IMG/VR virus record: IMGVR_UViG_3300020045_001103
Location: 1-37,171 of that record
DNA: 37,171 bases
Source: a virus
Lineage: Duplodnaviria > Caudoviricetes
Reading direction: 5' to 3' (one strand)
The position numbers were made by a program, and so were the translations under genes. Below the pieces are notes generated by a model that saw only the letters and a program-made list of their open reading frames with translations, was not told the DNA's origin and made no database searches. Positions 36,691 to 37,171 of the stretch are shown piece by piece (the stretch's first letter is position 1; each line of letters starts with the position of its first letter).

Positions 36691-37029
36691 GATTGGTTTA
36701 GATTGAATAAGTTTAAGTATTAAAGTTGAGTTTAAAACATTCACTTTAGAGAAAAAAATAACCAATATTATACTAGATATAATATTAGTTCAAACTAGAG
36801 TAAACAAATCCCCTCAAGTTTGGGGTCTCCAAACTTTTAGGGTATAAATTACCCAAATTAAAATTATGGTTTCTATTTGCCGTACGTCAGAATTTTTTAG
36901 ATTCTTTACACCTACAGATTGACTTGATGTTTCTACTTTCTCCGAAGCAGTTAAATTGAATTAATGTCAATCCCCAAATTTCCCCCTAGTATAATTTCTT
37001 ACAGCCCTCTCAGGATTATGTTTCAGTAT

Positions 37030-37171
37030 TATTTCAAAATATAATTCTAAACTAATAGGTTGTCCTTCTTTTAATGCCTTCTTAACTTGAAGTTGAAAAT
37101 CTCTCAAAGGTTGTGCTACTAAAACATCTCCTCTCAATTCTCCTGTATCAACTAGAAAACCTTTAGAGACT
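37030..37171 (+). repeat. Direct repeat copy 2 at the window end (142 bp)
   Basis: Offset 735 bp from copy 1; runs to the last base. Confidence 0.9.

Noticed and set aside
36295-37171. Diversity-generating retroelement TR/VR pair
   Set aside because: Only one difference (synonymous), no reverse transcriptase in the window, and the target is a wHTH gene rather than a C-terminal ligand-binding domain.
37030-37171. Direct terminal repeat marking a complete circular genome
   Set aside because: The repeat matches an internal site, not the window start, and replication and RNA polymerase genes are missing.
1-37171. tRNA, rRNA, CRISPR array, integrase or IS element
   Set aside because: No cloverleaf, regularly spaced repeats or recombinase/transposase motifs were seen, and intergenic space is minimal.

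Overview
Most of the window (~1.3-36.7 kb, almost all on the minus strand) is the packaging and virion-structure arm of an AT-rich crAss-like (Crassvirales-type) podophage, most likely of a Bacteroidota host, read with the standard genetic code. In transcription order it has a wHTH and an HU/IHF-like DNA-binding gene, then a phage-encoded proteostasis and lysis cluster: GroEL, an enlarged GroES-like protein, a DUF1573-like Ig protein, a YkuD/L,D-peptidase-like putative endolysin, a tiny membrane peptide and a ClpP-like protease. Next come TerL, portal, scaffold-like protein, major capsid, ring, auxiliary capsid and tail-hub proteins. An accessory block follows (fibres, holin-like, LamG, patatin, metallophosphoesterase, PD-(D/E)XK nuclease), then ring, IHF-like, ring, muzzle and ejected cargo proteins. 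The first ~1.3 kb is a + strand mosaic of unrelated fragments, including a siphovirus-type tail-assembly-chaperone gene with a -1 frameshift site, and it truncates the last cargo gene. The last 142 bp duplicate 36295-36436 with one mismatch. Both ends may be assembly artefacts. The strongest candidate for an unusual system is the complete, structurally modified GroEL/GroES pair plus a ClpP-like protease placed just upstream of the head-assembly genes. All assignments come from motif reading and gene order; no database search was run.
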